Counted from the stretch's first letter, positions 1-13,600 are shown. The stretch: DNA of 64,000 nucleotides from Epiperipatus broadwayi (GCA_028023455.1 JAQFVV010000003.1:13640001-13704000); one strand, 5' to 3'. A program made the numbers and translations. Notes: a model not told the origin generated them from the sequence alone.

Positions 1-3000
1 AAAGCTATCAAGTATAATTCCATATACAGTCATTTTACAATAAATTGCTTAGGTAAATTAACTTCCTCATTTTGAATCAGCTTTTTGTAATTCTCAGCAG
101 TCATTCTCTTTTAATTTTATTAAAATAATAACAACAATATATGACGTAGATAATAAAAAATATTTTAAAAAACGATACACCTTTTATTCCTTAATATCAA
201 CTCTTGCATATACACACACATGATTATGTTATGAATGTAGATACAATATACATTGCATGATATGTAAATATATATTTTATAAACATAATCTAACTTCCAA
301 AGAAGGAAATGTATTTATTTTAAAAGTTTATAACATTTTTTTCTTCTTTAAGTTGATAGACTTGTTTGTAGATTAGCTAAGTGTGTACCCCCCCCTCCCA
401 TTTTGCTTAATTCAATAAAATTATAAATTCTAGTACATACACAATAAACTTGACATAGTTATTCATCTCTAATAAACTTTCAAATAAAACAAGTTGCAAA
501 AAGAAAGATTAGGAGATGCTTTTTTTTTTTTAAAAAAAAAGAAAGACGGTATATATATCATTTACCAGTAGGCAAGCCCCAGATGTCATTGCAAGTCATA
601 TTTTCTAATCGCTTTTAACTTTTGTTTTATTCTCTAAATACTCGCAAAGTATTACTTTCCTTAAGGTTATAGACTATCCTTTTTTCTTCTCTTTTAATTT
701 ATCAGAGCTCAAAATGAACCAGAACTGTGTTCACAATTATCAAAAATCAAAAAAGATATTCCAGATTATTAAAAATAATTTTAGGATTCATTGTACAATA
801 AAAAATATACAACATATAAATTCATTAGAATAAAATTGCAATACCATTATAATCATATAAGCAGTATTCAGCTAGAGAGAAATGATTATGATTTCAAACA
901 TTTGATATTGAACTAAAAATATATCAAAAGCTCAGCACTCATAAGGATATTCCAATGCCCTCATCAGTGGCATTGTTTTATCCTTGGTATTAATATTTAT
1001 TCATTATATAATAAACGATATTGATTTTTATCATAAATATAATATTTTATAAATTAAAATTATTCCTCAAGGATTATTATTTTCTTATTAAATTCATATT
1101 TTTTTTTTATAATTTTGTATTTATTGTCTAGGTACTTATTTAAAATATTTTGATCACTATGTTTTTTAGTCAGAATTGTGAGTATAATAATGAGAAGAGG
1201 TAGTGGAAACTCTGTGCTGTGTTATCCCATATAATAACAAATTAAGTCAGTAACTAATCTAACCAACAATGTTTCCTTCTTACTATTGTTCCACAAATTA
1301 AAGCATAATTTAGGGTAACTACCTTTCTAATAGCAGAAAGTACCACAATACTAAATAGATACAACAAAGACCAGACAATAATAATTTCTAGCTTCATATA
1401 TATATACATCTATCCAATGAAAATTTTAATATACAGTATATAATAAAAAAAGTACACAAAATTATTGTAAAACTAATTTTATTTTTACAGACCTATCCTA
1501 TCTTCTATCATTAAAAAAAAAAAAGGCTTTATTTATTTATAAAAAAAGTAATTTGAAAACAGCAATAATTTAACTAAATAGCAAACAAACATAACAAATA
1601 AACAAACAAAAAAAGGATTTGGGGGAGGGGCTTTCGTTTATTAATTAACAATATATATATATTAACTTCATGAATAATAAAAACTAATAATTAGAAGCAT
1701 TTGTTATTCAAATACTATTAGGTATATGGTGATCAGAACAATATATGCATTTTTAAATAAATCATACAGACTTTATAAAAACATTTTCAATAAAATATTA
1801 TTGTTAGTTTGCTTTCTTTTCAACTTAAGTATTTAATTGTACTAATAAAATAAACTGTGTCAATAAAATAGTATTTCTGTAAAATAACTTTTGGTCCATT
1901 CTTTTTGTGCTATATGATTTTGTGAATGAAATAAGGCCTTAATACTTAATAATGGTTTTCGCTTAATAACAGGAATTCAATCCTATAAGGTCATTATTCT
2001 GAGGTGTGATTGTAACAATAATACTGAAAACGGACATTTTATTGTTTATGAATTTAATATTTATACGAGTGAGCCAATACGGCTAGCCATTCAATGTTTG
2101 CAGATAAATTAGTAACTAACTAAAGTTTAATGTCATTCTATCCAAATATAATTAATAATAAGGTTAAAAAGTTTGATCAAATCAATCTACTGTAAAACAT
2201 TTTACTATAATTTATATTTAGATGTAGTTATTTAAAATGTATGTATGTGATATGTATGCTTAAATGCACATACATATTTAGGTATAAACTTAATCAGAAA
2301 AATAAGTTTAAATAAATTAAAGAATTTTAAAAGACTGATTCTTTTAAAATACTAAATAAAAGATTTATAACTTTAAGATTAGAAAAGATTATTTTCTAAA
2401 AGTAATAACAGTCTAATTAATGAGAGTAGAATACTTCATTAATGAAATAAAACAATTAAAGGAATTGAGTTTAGATTTCGTTTATAAGATAAACTAAAAA
2501 ATAACTCATTAATTAAAGTCAGAGAGATAACGATTTAAATTCTTGTATGAAACAGTGAAATGAAGAATCACCTGAGCAGATGGACAGGAGTACAAGTCAA
2601 TCAACTTCAGGGATTGAAACAATGAATGTCTCAGTATGCAAGAAGACTTCATTTGATTCTAGGAGTTTCACCTGTGCATATGGGCATAACTTGGAGTAGA
2701 ATGATTCCCTTGGCACAGGGACTTTCAAGTGTGGAGAGCTGGCATCCAAACATGGGAACAGCCAGCTAGGACTCTTACAAGTCATATTGATCTACATTAT
2801 TAATTAGGTATGCCTTCGGGCCTTATTATATAAAATAATTGTATGAATGTAAATAGTTAAACGCTATTAATAATTATAGTTCATTAAATTATCTAAATAT
2901 TAACTGTGTAGTGGTGATATGTATTTTTGAGAAGTGCCTTCTTAGATCAGCTAGACATAGCAGTATAAATACATATAAATTACATAAAAAAGATTGTATG

Positions 3001-3977
3001 GCATGTACCAATCCATTAGAAATATGGTCTAATTTATACCTGGATGGAACTTCAGAAAACAACCCATAACTTCCAATTAATTGTTAAATTAGTCACTGAA
3101 AATAAGAGACAAGCTAATTTGTAGAATAAAACTATCATCAATCTTCAGTATATTGTCTTGGTAATATCTTCTTCTCTATTGTTCCATTCTGGATGTCATA
3201 GAGGACTTTGCCCTGGATTAGAATATTTAAAATTATTTCACCTAACACACATTCTAAATTGAATTCAATGAAGTCTGTTAAAATATTTATGTGTAAACAG
3301 AAGTTATGGATACGAAATATATGAATAAATGTGAACATATCTTTATTCTGCATTGAATCAACAATAGTTGAAATCAGATAATAGAAGTAAGATATTTGTG
3401 TAAGACCTGCTGCTCAACACATTTTGAAAAGAGAATATGAGGATCCGATAGCATAGAAAATAATTTAGAGTTAACCCCAGATATTAAAATTTCCTACATC
3501 CTACTGAATCTAATAAATAATCAGACTACAATTTCATTTAATATTATGTACTGCTTCTTCAGAACAAAAGTCATTACATGAGTGTGAACTTGTTATACTG
3601 TTTGAGCTAAAGTGAATGAGTTGTTACATAATAGGGATTTGATGTAATATTTAAATCTAAGCAAATAGAGCTATAACAAGTGTGTAGACTTGATATCCTG
3701 TTTGAATCAGAACAAAAATTGTTATATGTGTATGAACTTTATATACTGTTAAACTAAAGCACAAAAGACAATACACATAACTGGATATATGGAAAGAATA
3801 TAATAATAATTATGGAGTTCTAACCTCTTTATAGTCAATAAATTTGTTTATTTAGCAGAATACACACATATAGTTTACATATATATAATACTAATAATAC
3901 AGAAACTATTTCACCCAATATGTAGTTATGTTAAAAACATATTTTTTTTTTTTAACGAAGTGAGATATAGTATATAC

Positions 3978-4376
3978 CAATGGTCCCCAACCCTATGCCC
4001 GCGGGCACCATGGTGCCCACAGACCATTTTACGTGGGCCCGCCGCTATCCGAACACGATAAAAAATTATTTATCTGATACAAATAAATTTAATTTTTAAA
4101 ATTTCTTATAAATTATTGTATTATATTGTAATCAAATTGTAGGGCATACTTATACTTTTACAGCGTAAAAATATAAACGTTAATTATATGTTAAAATTTT
4201 ATTTTTGAAATAAATATTTTTTTATAAATTATGTGTATTATTAACAAAATTCAACTATAAATTTACATTGAAAAAATAAATGGTGCTCCCCACATGGCTG
4301 AAAAAATAAATGGTGCCCGCCAACTGGCCGGTATTATAGAATGTGCTCTTAAGTGCAAAAAGGTTGGGGATCCCTG
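3978..4376. mobile_element. hAT-superfamily (Charlie/Buster-like) non-autonomous MITE
   Basis: Imperfect 15-bp TIRs CAATGGTCCCCAACC (3978-3992) and GGTTGGGGATCCCTG (4362-4376), 12/15 match. Perfect 8-bp TSD GTATATAC (3970-3977, 4377-4384) with central TA, typical of Buster/Charlie hATs. No ORF. Confidence 0.85.
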
Positions 4377-5169
4377 GTATATACAGTATAAACTAAGTGT
4401 ATAGATGTACTCAGTTACCTACAATCAATTTTCTCTGTTTTTTTAAAATCCTACATCTATGTCATGAAATAATTCTGGGATAACTAAACAATAAATTTAA
4501 AATTCAACATACTTTCTAAAATTCTAGATTCATAAAAAACTAAACAGAAAACTAAAAGATAAAAGGAAAATATTTTCCTGCCACTATCTGTTACAAGAAA
4601 TCCTTTTGGGTCCTTGATTGATATTGTTAAAAATGTTTTTATTTGAAAAAGAAATAAAATCATTGTACATTGAAATTGTGTTTTTTTGGTTTTTTTTTTT
4701 AAAAAAGAGTTGTAGAGTATTGAGTTGCTGTGTACCAGTGGCTGAGAAGTTACTCCAACAATAAAATAAATACAAAGGTTTTTAATAATCAAATAATAAA
4801 AATAAACAATACAGAAATTCATATGATCTTTTAATTCTGTGATACTCCTTTTTGGGTCTTCAGTGAGACACTGTACTGAGATTTGACTTTTCTGTTGGAA
4901 ATATCATGTTGCTTTCTTTCTTGACTTTTGTACTCCTGATAGACTGTTTTAGCTCTTATGCTGGGTGTATTACGTTGTCTTCCTTCTTGGCTCTTGAATG
5001 TAAATCTGATTGAGCTGATTTAGATTTAGGGGAATTTATAGTATGGACCACTGCTGTTCTCTAAAGTATATATTTAATAAATTTTCTAAATTTAAAAGAG
5101 TATCTTTAATTTAAAAAAATTCAATCATGCATGTACTTCTTTTTATCAGATAAAATTTGTAATGCTAAT

Positions 5170-5976
5170 TCCACTAAATATCACATGATCAACATTTTTT
5201 ATGCTTGTTTATAACTATTATTAAAACAGGCAAAACTCTCCATACAGTAGTGCCACTCAATGCAAGCCAAAGTAATCAATGGATGCCAGAAGACTTGTGC
5301 ATAAAATCCCTATCTAATGCCTACTCATCCAATATCCCCAGACTAGTTTCTAGCTTGTGGCTTTCATCAGTGAGGAGCCTTGGATCTGAGAGCAGTGCAC
5401 CTAGATCTTAGGATCTAATGCAACTCTCCAGCAGCCACCTTTTATCTCTACTTAACTATAAAACTATGAGAATAAAATTGAATACAAAATATTTTCAATC
5501 CAAGCTCATTAGCTTATAGTCATATATATCTGAACTCAGTTCAGTACCCATACATTTTGGTGTCTTTGGTTCTTTAATAACCATAGCTACCACTATCCTA
5601 TTAGGCAGGATTGGTATTGAACCACTAAACATCACACGATCATCATTTCTTGGCTATGGTTATTAAAGAATCAAAGACACCAAAATGTATGGGTACTGAA
5701 CTGAGTTAGATCTATATGACTATATAAGCTAATGAGCTTGGATTGAAAATATTATTGTGTTTCAATTTTATTCTCATAGTTTTGTAGTTAAGTAGAGATA
5801 AAATGTGGCTGTTGGAGAGTTGCATTAGATTCTAAGATCTAGGTGCGCTGCTCTCATATCCAAGACTCCTCACTGACGAAAAACACAAGCTAGAATGCAC
5901 AAGCCTTCTGGCATCCATTGATTATTCTGGCTTGCACTGAGTGGCACTACTGTATGGAGAGGTTTGCCTGTTTTAA
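5170..5976. mobile_element. Foldback insertion F1 (family A): non-coding, hammerhead- and tRNA-box-containing, PLE-type architecture
   Basis: Inverted arms 5217-5587 and 5653-5980, 65-nt spacer, tail 5170-5216, TSD TAATG(C/T)TAAT at 5160-5169 and 5977-5986 (9/10). Homologous pieces at 15725, 35391 and 49717. Confidence 0.8.
5336..5375 (-). ncRNA. Minimal type I hammerhead ribozyme-like motif, near intact
   Basis: Minus strand CCTCA-CTGATGA-AAGC-CACAA-GCTA-GAA-ACTAGT-C/TGGGG: stem I CCTCA:TGGGG, palindromic stem III ACTAGT, GUC cleavage triplet, non-canonical A.A at the base of stem II. The copy in the other arm (5868-5895) has lost the cleavage site by deletion. Confidence 0.7.
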
Positions 5977-6199
5977 TAATGTTAATAACATGATAAATTT
6001 TTTTAATTTGACATTTTAAATTTATACATTTTTTTTAAAAAACCAAAATGTATGTATATATAGCACTCCTTCCCTTTACTTTAGAGAATTAGTTTTTCTT
6101 TCAAATCAAGTAGTCTTTAAGATAGCTAGGTGGCTTCCGAAATTTTTGAGGTTTATAGTTTTCTGTTTTAATGTTATTTTCCTAATATATGATTTATTC

Positions 6200-7240
6200 T
6201 ATTGTATTTTTGTTATCTGTGCATCCTATATTTAATCCTTCTCTTTCTTTATATGCCATTAATGATATTTCAGAATCATTGACAATTTCCATGGTAATAG
6301 ATTGGTCAAATATTTTAACTGACAGTATTATTTGATCATTATTTGGTTTTCACATTTTAAATTTCTCTTTCTTGGTTATTTCTGTTAGTACTGGTTTGTT
6401 GAATTTAAATTCTTTTCCCTCTTTGTGATTATTTTTACATACTTCCTCCATGTGATCTATTTTCCCAAAATTTTTCCATTTACATGTTCTAGCTATCTGC
6501 ACCTGTAACAATTAATTTCTTCATTTCCATTTGCTTCATTTGTTTTAACGTTTATTTCATGCCATTCTGCTACTGTTACAATCTGAAGTTGTTTTGATTG
6601 CTCCATAGCTACTTCATGGGCTAGACCTATTTTGATTGCTGTTTTGTATGTGAAGTCGTTGACTGTCAATAACTGTTCTCGGAGACTATTATCAGACATA
6701 CTCCAAAAAATTATTGTAGTAACACTTCTAAATAATTTCCAAAAACACACTTTCGCTAATTCTTGTAATGCAATATCAAATTCCTAAATTTTTTCATCTC
6801 TATTTTGTCTACAATTCTGAAAATGGATGTGCAATATATTTAGTGGGTTTGGAATCAAAATATTTTTGTAATATGCTATGTAATTCTGAAAATTGCAATT
6901 CTTTGGGTTTTTTTTAAGGATTGCATAAATAATTTGCAATTTGGATTAACAGAATGGCAATTTTTTTCTCATCCTTTTCAATATTGTTAATTAAAAAGTA
7001 TTTTTTTATATGGCTTGTATAGAGGCCATTCCGATTCTCTATGTATGTCAAATTCTCCAATATTAACCTGTGCTATAATTTAGATTAGTAACGTCATCAC
7101 TTCATAATTTATGAATTTCCAATTACTATTTGTCCTGATGTTTAAATAATTCCGGATATCCTAATGGTTTGAAGGACCCATGAAAATTTATTTTTGGCAT
7201 TAATTAAAAGATTCTCATAAATTCCAAGGTTTGACAACTG
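6200..7240 (-). mobile_element. Degenerate Gypsy LTR-retrotransposon gag-protease remnant
   Basis: ORF 6493-6750 (..SLREQLLTVNDFTYKTAIKIGLAHEVAMEQSKQL..CYRC) resembles Gypsy gag ending in a zinc-knuckle start. Upstream broken frames read ALQELAKVCF and YFDSKPTK; downstream MEIVNDSEISLM resembles an eroded protease active-site segment. Confidence 0.75.
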
Positions 7241-10200
7241 TGCTAATAGTAGTATATTGAGTTGCTGTGTACAAGTGACCAAGATCTCCTTACATTTTCC
7301 ATTTAGACCTCGGATCATCTATGATAGAAAAAAAGAAAGCTAAGAAGGAGGGAGTGATTTTTGCATTATCATCCATACTGCCAAATTACTATGTCCATAT
7401 GAAGCAGCAATTCCTTTTTTTTTTTTAGTAAAGTAAAAAATGAAAATAACTAACAGACAGCAGTGAGAATCCCAAAAAATAAGAAATTTCATTTTAACTT
7501 TTTGGTATTAATTAATTTGTTGCAGTTGTTTGTTTCAAGGTCAACCATTTCATTTGTATTTGGATTGTTTATTTATAATTTGAATTGAATGTGGCTGACA
7601 ATTAATTATTATTTTCCTAAAAAAGTTGAAATACTTCTACCATTGATTGTATCTCTCTATCTCCACGCTCTCCATCACTTTTTAAAAAGCAAATAAGAAA
7701 CCAAAAAATTTGTAAATACAAAAAAGAATAAAAATTCCAAACAAATTTGTCAATTACAAATAAGAAGTTCTTTGAAAGTATCTATATCAATTAATTTTGT
7801 AAGTCAATATAGTACTGTGAGAAATCAAAATCAGCCTTGAAAACTTGCAATTGACCATTCATCACCACATTATCTCCCATTTCCTCCAAACCAAATAAGA
7901 AATTGAAAATATAAAGAATACTAAAAATTCACAAACTCTCCCAAAGATCTATTAATAAAAAGTAAGAAGAGATTTTAGATTACACTATGTTAAATCCCTT
8001 TTCCCAAATCCAAAGAATCTTCAACTGATTGATTAGTCAAAGCAGAGTTTAAAGATTCAATTAAAGAGAACATCTAATGTAGGTAGCCAAGTATATTGAT
8101 ACCTAAACTAAGTACCTCAACTCAAAATTAAATCACTACTCAAATTAAATTACAAATCCACTACTAATGAAAGCAATTTAATTTTGACTAACTTTTAGTA
8201 TTTGATATTTTATATATATATTTAAATCCCTATACATATTACGTAATAACACAAATAACAAAATTTATTATAAATTTGAAAGGAGGAAAGCAAAACCAAT
8301 GAATAGATAGATATTAACGATAAAAAAAACAAAAAAAAAGTTAATAAATCAGTGCTTTTTAAATGCATGATAAGAAAAGACGAGAACATAAAATCAAATT
8401 ACTTTCCCAACATTAGTAATAACAATCCATTCTATAATAATATTATCTAGTGTCTGTTGTTTATTCAAGTTTATAAAGAAGAGTTTGCACTAGAGTAATA
8501 AACTACTATTTCTTACACAGGAGGAGTTAAAAAATAAAATATGAATTGAAATGATTAAATAAAATAATAAAATTATTGCTAGGTCAATGATACTGAAATT
8601 AAAAAAAAAAAGATTTTATGAGAGTATAGAACAGATATTTGGACTATAGGTAAACAAAACTAAGCTTTTGAGATATGGGTTTGAAGGAAAATGGTAAAGT
8701 TAGATAGACAAGATTATTGTAAATTTCTACTCATTATCCTTAGCTTAAACAAATTCTTATAATAATAATTCAATTTTTTTTTTTTTTAAAAAAAAAAAAA
8801 GATTTTCTTTATTTTTTACTTGGTCTTTTGTATATATTAAAAAAATGTTTCAACTGTATTGGACAATCATTACAAATCTAATTAAAAATAACAAATGCTC
8901 AGGAGTTCATAAAAAGTTTGAGCACCAGTCAGATTTCTCTATTACTGCATCAAACTGCACAATGATAAAACATACTATAAATTGTAATAACAACTCCTGA
9001 AAAATCATATGAATGGCTAGTTTAATCTTAAAATTGTCAACACGATATACAGGATTATTTTTTTTATAAATTTTGAAAATATGTTTTGCTGTTAACACAA
9101 CTACGCTCCTCCCAATATAAAAATATTAAAAAAGTAAACAAAACAAATAGAAGAAAGCAAAACAGAAAAATACAATTAAGATAAATGAGATAGTTTTTCT
9201 TATAAAGAAATTTTAGAAAAGGCAAGTGAAAATCAATATAGACTTAAATATTTGAGACATAATCAATAGATAGCAAAAATTATATAATGAATCCATGAAT
9301 TATGCTGTGTCAATCTACACAACTTAAGTTATATGCTCTCCCAAAAAAAAAAAATAAAAAAAAATGTAAGTATATAAATAAAAGTATAAATAAATAAAAA
9401 AACAATATAAAATTCATAAATTTAATTCATTTTAGATACTTCAGTAGCCTTTTTTTCTATCTCTAAGGCCATATGTGATCAAGTTTATTAATAAAATTTA
9501 TTTGGTTTATGTTGGAAGCCCATACATTTTCAGTCTTTATTATCTTTTTGGAATTTGATGTGCAGTATTTTGTATAATAAAATGTTTTTAAAGCATAATG
9601 CTAAAAGTTTTACAAAATTTTAGAACATACTTAAAGTTGATACTGACATAAAAACATCAAAATATTTAGAAAGATAATAGTTTCTTAATAATGAAAGTAC
9701 TATTATTTTTATAAGAGATTAAAATTATTATAAAAAATGTCCAAAGCATATTTAATTGTGATGAAAGTCAGAGTTTTTGCTACTTATTTAAAACAACAAC
9801 AACAGTAATTTATTTTTATTTTTTCAGTGGCAGTCATATTATTTAAAATTTTTTCCGTTTATACTATAATTTTAAATTATACATCGTACTATATTCATAA
9901 AAAAGCACCCACATAATATATCTATGTGTAAAGTGAAAAATTACTATACATTTGCAGTTCAAGAAACAATACATATTCTACTCTAATCAAAGTTTATCAA
10001 CAAAATTTGAACTTATTACACACATTGAACGATGTACATAAGGGGAGCTTAGAACAAAAATGTAATGAATATCATGGCTTCATTACATCAAGTTTGCAAC
10101 TACACAATATATATATATAACATAAGTTGGTTACTATTTTAATTCTAATTATTGAGGATATATTTCTATTTGAGCATATATATTTAATTACATGCACACA

Positions 10201-11131
10201 TTCATAATGAATAAAAATAAAAAAAGGGCAAGAACACAAGCATTGTAATGCAAAGGTTTCTTCAGAATTTCTGAATTAAAAAAAAAAAAGGCAACACTTA
10301 TCAAAATAATTAACTCTCAGATAATGAAGATTTTATAGTTTCTTTGTTTTATTTTCAAATTAAGAAGACAATTTGTGTTGTAAAAGATAACACATTGTTT
10401 GTCTGCCCATGATTTAGGATTAGAACTGTGACCAGATGAATCTTATACTTTTTTTTGAAATCACAAGCAAGCTTAAAATTTTTCTTTCAGGTAGCCCACC
10501 CAGCTAACTATTTAATACTAATAAAATGGGCATCTAACTATTATTAACCAAATAATATAGGTTAACATAGATTGATGACATGAATGTTGATTGTAAATAA
10601 AAAATAAAGACATAACAATATTGTGAGGTAGCCTTTACCACTGCAATATACTTAGAGAGCAGTTGACTTAACAATTAGAAAACACTATTGGTTGATTTCA
10701 CTCTCCCCATATTGAAAAATACTACACAGAACAAAAGAAGAAAAAACGAGCAGCTAATCACAAGTGCACTCCATTTATCATATCTAACTACAATATTGTA
10801 TATAAAATAGAGGTACATTCATGAGCTAGAATTAAAATATTAATAGGCACATTTTACATAAATAGATTTTTTGCTAAATGTCTCATCATTGGACAAAGAT
10901 CTCTTCTAAATATTACTATTGATTTCTAATTCATGCCTAAATTGTAATTGTCCATGCCTTCCTCTTATTAGCCAAGAGTGTTCATTCAATTGTAAGTTGC
11001 TTCATCTACTGTTTTTGTTTACTTTGACGATCCTCACCACTATTTATATTGTATAATATTTAATTCTTTCTAATGTAGATTGATGATGATGTGAAGCACT
11101 AATTGAAATTTTCTACTAAAATAAGGTTCTA

Positions 11132-11205
11132 TTTGGTTTAATGCAACAGCAGAGTGGCAGGCTCTGCAGTTCAAGATCCATGATTTGTGGTCCAGCACTG
11201 CCACT
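11132..11205 (+). mobile_element. tRNA-derived SINE head fragment
   Basis: AGAGTGGCAGGCTCTGCAGTTCAAGAT closely matches the minus-strand copy at 51160-51226 (AGAGTGGCAGACTCTGGAGTTCAAGAT). Confidence 0.5.
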
Positions 11206-12129
11206 TTTGGTGTTCGAAGTTCTTAAGAACTCCCAAATAATAAATCATTCAATTATTACCATTAATACATATATATTAAACAAAATCAGGATGCAGTATT
11301 AAAAAACCTAGAAAAAAAAAGTCACTAAAGACAGGTGGGTAATAAAAAGCAATTGGTTTGTCATTCTTAAAGTCATGTGATGTACAAACACCAAAGGAGA
11401 CAGTTGTGATTCGATCCTGAACTTTAGTATTGCTGGGCAAGAAATTGGACTTATAAAAGAACAAGAAGCTGTAAATAGAACTATTTAACATAGATGAGAA
11501 ATTAACTACGAATCCCCCCCCCCCCCAAAAAAAAAAAAAACTTGACGAAAATGACCTGCAATGACTAATGTGATTCCTTTTAGGCAAGGGTTTTAATTAA
11601 GAGGAATGATAACCAAATATGATTAAATAAATAATGACACTAAATAATATGCATCAATAATTGTTAAGCTCTCAAGAACTTAACTATAATGCTGCAGAAA
11701 ATATAGTATTCTAACCAACGATGCAAAATATTTTAGCACATACATCTTTACACAGACACAGCTGGAAGTCATATTCGAGTTTTGAAAAGAAAAGGTGTTT
11801 TAAGTTTGATTTTTATTCAATAATGGGATTAATAACTAAATACTGTGAAAACATACTACACTGTATTTTTAATTGAACTAGAAAGATATATATAAAGCTG
11901 CTTATAAATAAATACAAAAGTTGTTAATATGTAGTTTTATTTTTGAAATGGATCCGGGGGGGGGGGATCAACTTTTCAACCTGCCAATCAAACTTACAGT
12001 AGTCTGCTGACCTATAACCTGTACTTCATCTCAGTAAATACTTCGAAGATCATGTGAGAGTTTTTTTTTTTTTTTAGAATTATGGAGGGAGTAGGGTTAG
12101 TGTGAGAATTTGAATAGTGTATACTTTAC

Positions 12130-12282
12130 CTTGGAGGATAAGTGTTTCCAGCCTGAGTGGTTAGTGATCCGAGGAGGGATGTCATGTATGTATGGAGGGG
12201 CATCTGCAGATGTCTGTTTTCTGTGAGATTCTAAAAACTCTTTGCCGTTGATAACATCAAAGTTGGTTTTCCAGACCAGGAC
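12130..12282 (-). CDS. POC1: POC1 centriolar protein, internal coding exon (end of last WD40 repeat plus linker)
   Basis: 153-bp phase-0 exon, acceptor ..gatccttAG, donor AAG|GTaaag. Translates VLVWKTNFDVINGKEFLESHRKQTSADAPPYIHDIPPRITNHSGWKHLSSK, matching the POC1-family V(L/M)xW(K/R)(T/S)NFD motif and a POC1B-like ..PP..DI.PR linker. Confidence 0.9.
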
Positions 12283-13526
12283 CTAAGGATCAAACAGATC
12301 ATATAGACATAAGTTTAATTATTGTTATTTTTATTATTATGACTTCAAAGTAAAGACTTTTCTTAATAAAGAAAATAGCCTTCTGTTAAAGTGAAGACAG
12401 ACAGGGAATGTTTGTTGTCTTCGGGCAAAATAGCAGTAGCCTTGCTTGTTGCCAGAGGAATGGAAGGCAACATTCTCCAAACATGACGTGGCCCCTGCAA
12501 GGCATTACACCTACTGCCCAACCTCCCCACCTTCCCTTATCATAATCTCCATTTAATTTCTGACAAGCTCACGTGAGTTTAATAAACAATTACTAAAACA
12601 TTTTTCTGAATCATAAGATAACTCACAATGGAATAGTTTCTCAGGTTTTTTTTTTTTTTTACTTTGTACTATTATTAATAATCGCATACACATACATTAC
12701 ATTAATATGTAAAAGTAATTGCAGTGATAGATAAAAATAATTCCGTAATACAGAAATTTAATTTTTTATATATACTTATCATCATTACCGTTATCTGCCA
12801 CTCCTAATAAAAGAGTGGGCATTTTAACACTCGAAAAAAAAAAAAAAAGATAACGACAATATAGATGTTGATACCTTTATGAAAATGCAGGCATATTATT
12901 CTTTAACAGAGATTTAATGTTTACACATGGGCTAATTTAATAAATAAATAGTGATAATCAACAACGTATTTGTATGAAATGGTTGATGATAATAATTTGC
13001 AATCTATGCGTAATGAACAAATGATGAGTTTGAATTCAGCATTAAATGCACATTTTTGGAGTTGTCTTTTCCAGATCGGTCTTTATTTATGTGTTTCGGG
13101 AATGTGTAGTGGAGTGGAAGTTTTAAATATAACTAAAACTATATTACACCATAATATTATCATTATACAATGACAAATTAAACAAACACTTTTTTCTTTT
13201 AAAATATATATGTTCTCCAACATTATAATAAATGCATAAACTTCTTACTTCTTTCCAAAAACTTTATTTCCATATATTCACTATTGTATACTATGTGAAT
13301 TTATATATATTCATTAGTTAATATAAGGAAAGAAATAAGAAGTTTATGCAAAATGCAAGCATAGTGGGAAAGGCTTGTCTGATTTTCTGTGCTGATGGAT
13401 GGTAGTGATATGATAGACTTGAGAGGAGGAATACACTGATAACCCCCTCCCTCCAAGTTGAAAATATATACAAACAAATATATTTTTATGCTATATATAA
13501 CTGACTAGTTTAGGCAATCATGTAAT

Positions 13527-13600
13527 GTTCGAACATCTGAGATTCGATCCAGGAACTAGTGGCTATTAAGTCCGATATTCTACAATTGCGCTAAACTGCT
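13527..13600 (-). mobile_element. tRNA-derived SINE head
   Basis: Minus strand A-box-like TAGCGCAATTG and B-box-like GGATCGAATC at tRNA-like spacing; no complete cloverleaf. Confidence 0.55.

Larger units (their letters stand above)
4711..7294 (-). repeat. Pair of ~50-bp direct repeats (4711-4760, ~7247-7294) bracketing the Gypsy gag-pro remnant; possible short or eroded LTRs
   Basis: Shared core TATTGAGTTGCTGTGTAC(C/A)AGTG; both copies end in CA and the left one starts TG. A PBS-like TAGCACAGTTG (minus, 7235-7245) adjoins the right copy. No PPT or TSD found. Confidence 0.4.

Noticed and set aside
940-980. CTGATGA on the minus strand within a small CAATGCC/GGCATTG hairpin
   Set aside because: No GAAA box, palindromic stem III or cleavage triplet at the right spacing; not a hammerhead.
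7296-7320. 25-nt exon-like segment on the minus strand (strong acceptor, AAT|GTaagg donor)
   Set aside because: Frame-shifting length and overlap with the putative Gypsy LTR edge; no independent support.
11276-11587. 103-aa ORF and exon-like island at 11330-11470
   Set aside because: The ORF runs through homopolymers; the acceptor-like site gives a stop in the frame required by POC1; no recognisable protein.
12400-12545. GC-richer island with acceptor-like ccttgcAG|GGGCC on the minus strand
   Set aside because: No donor before a stop, no POC1 similarity, and the flanking POC1 exons already join directly; more likely a repeat fragment.
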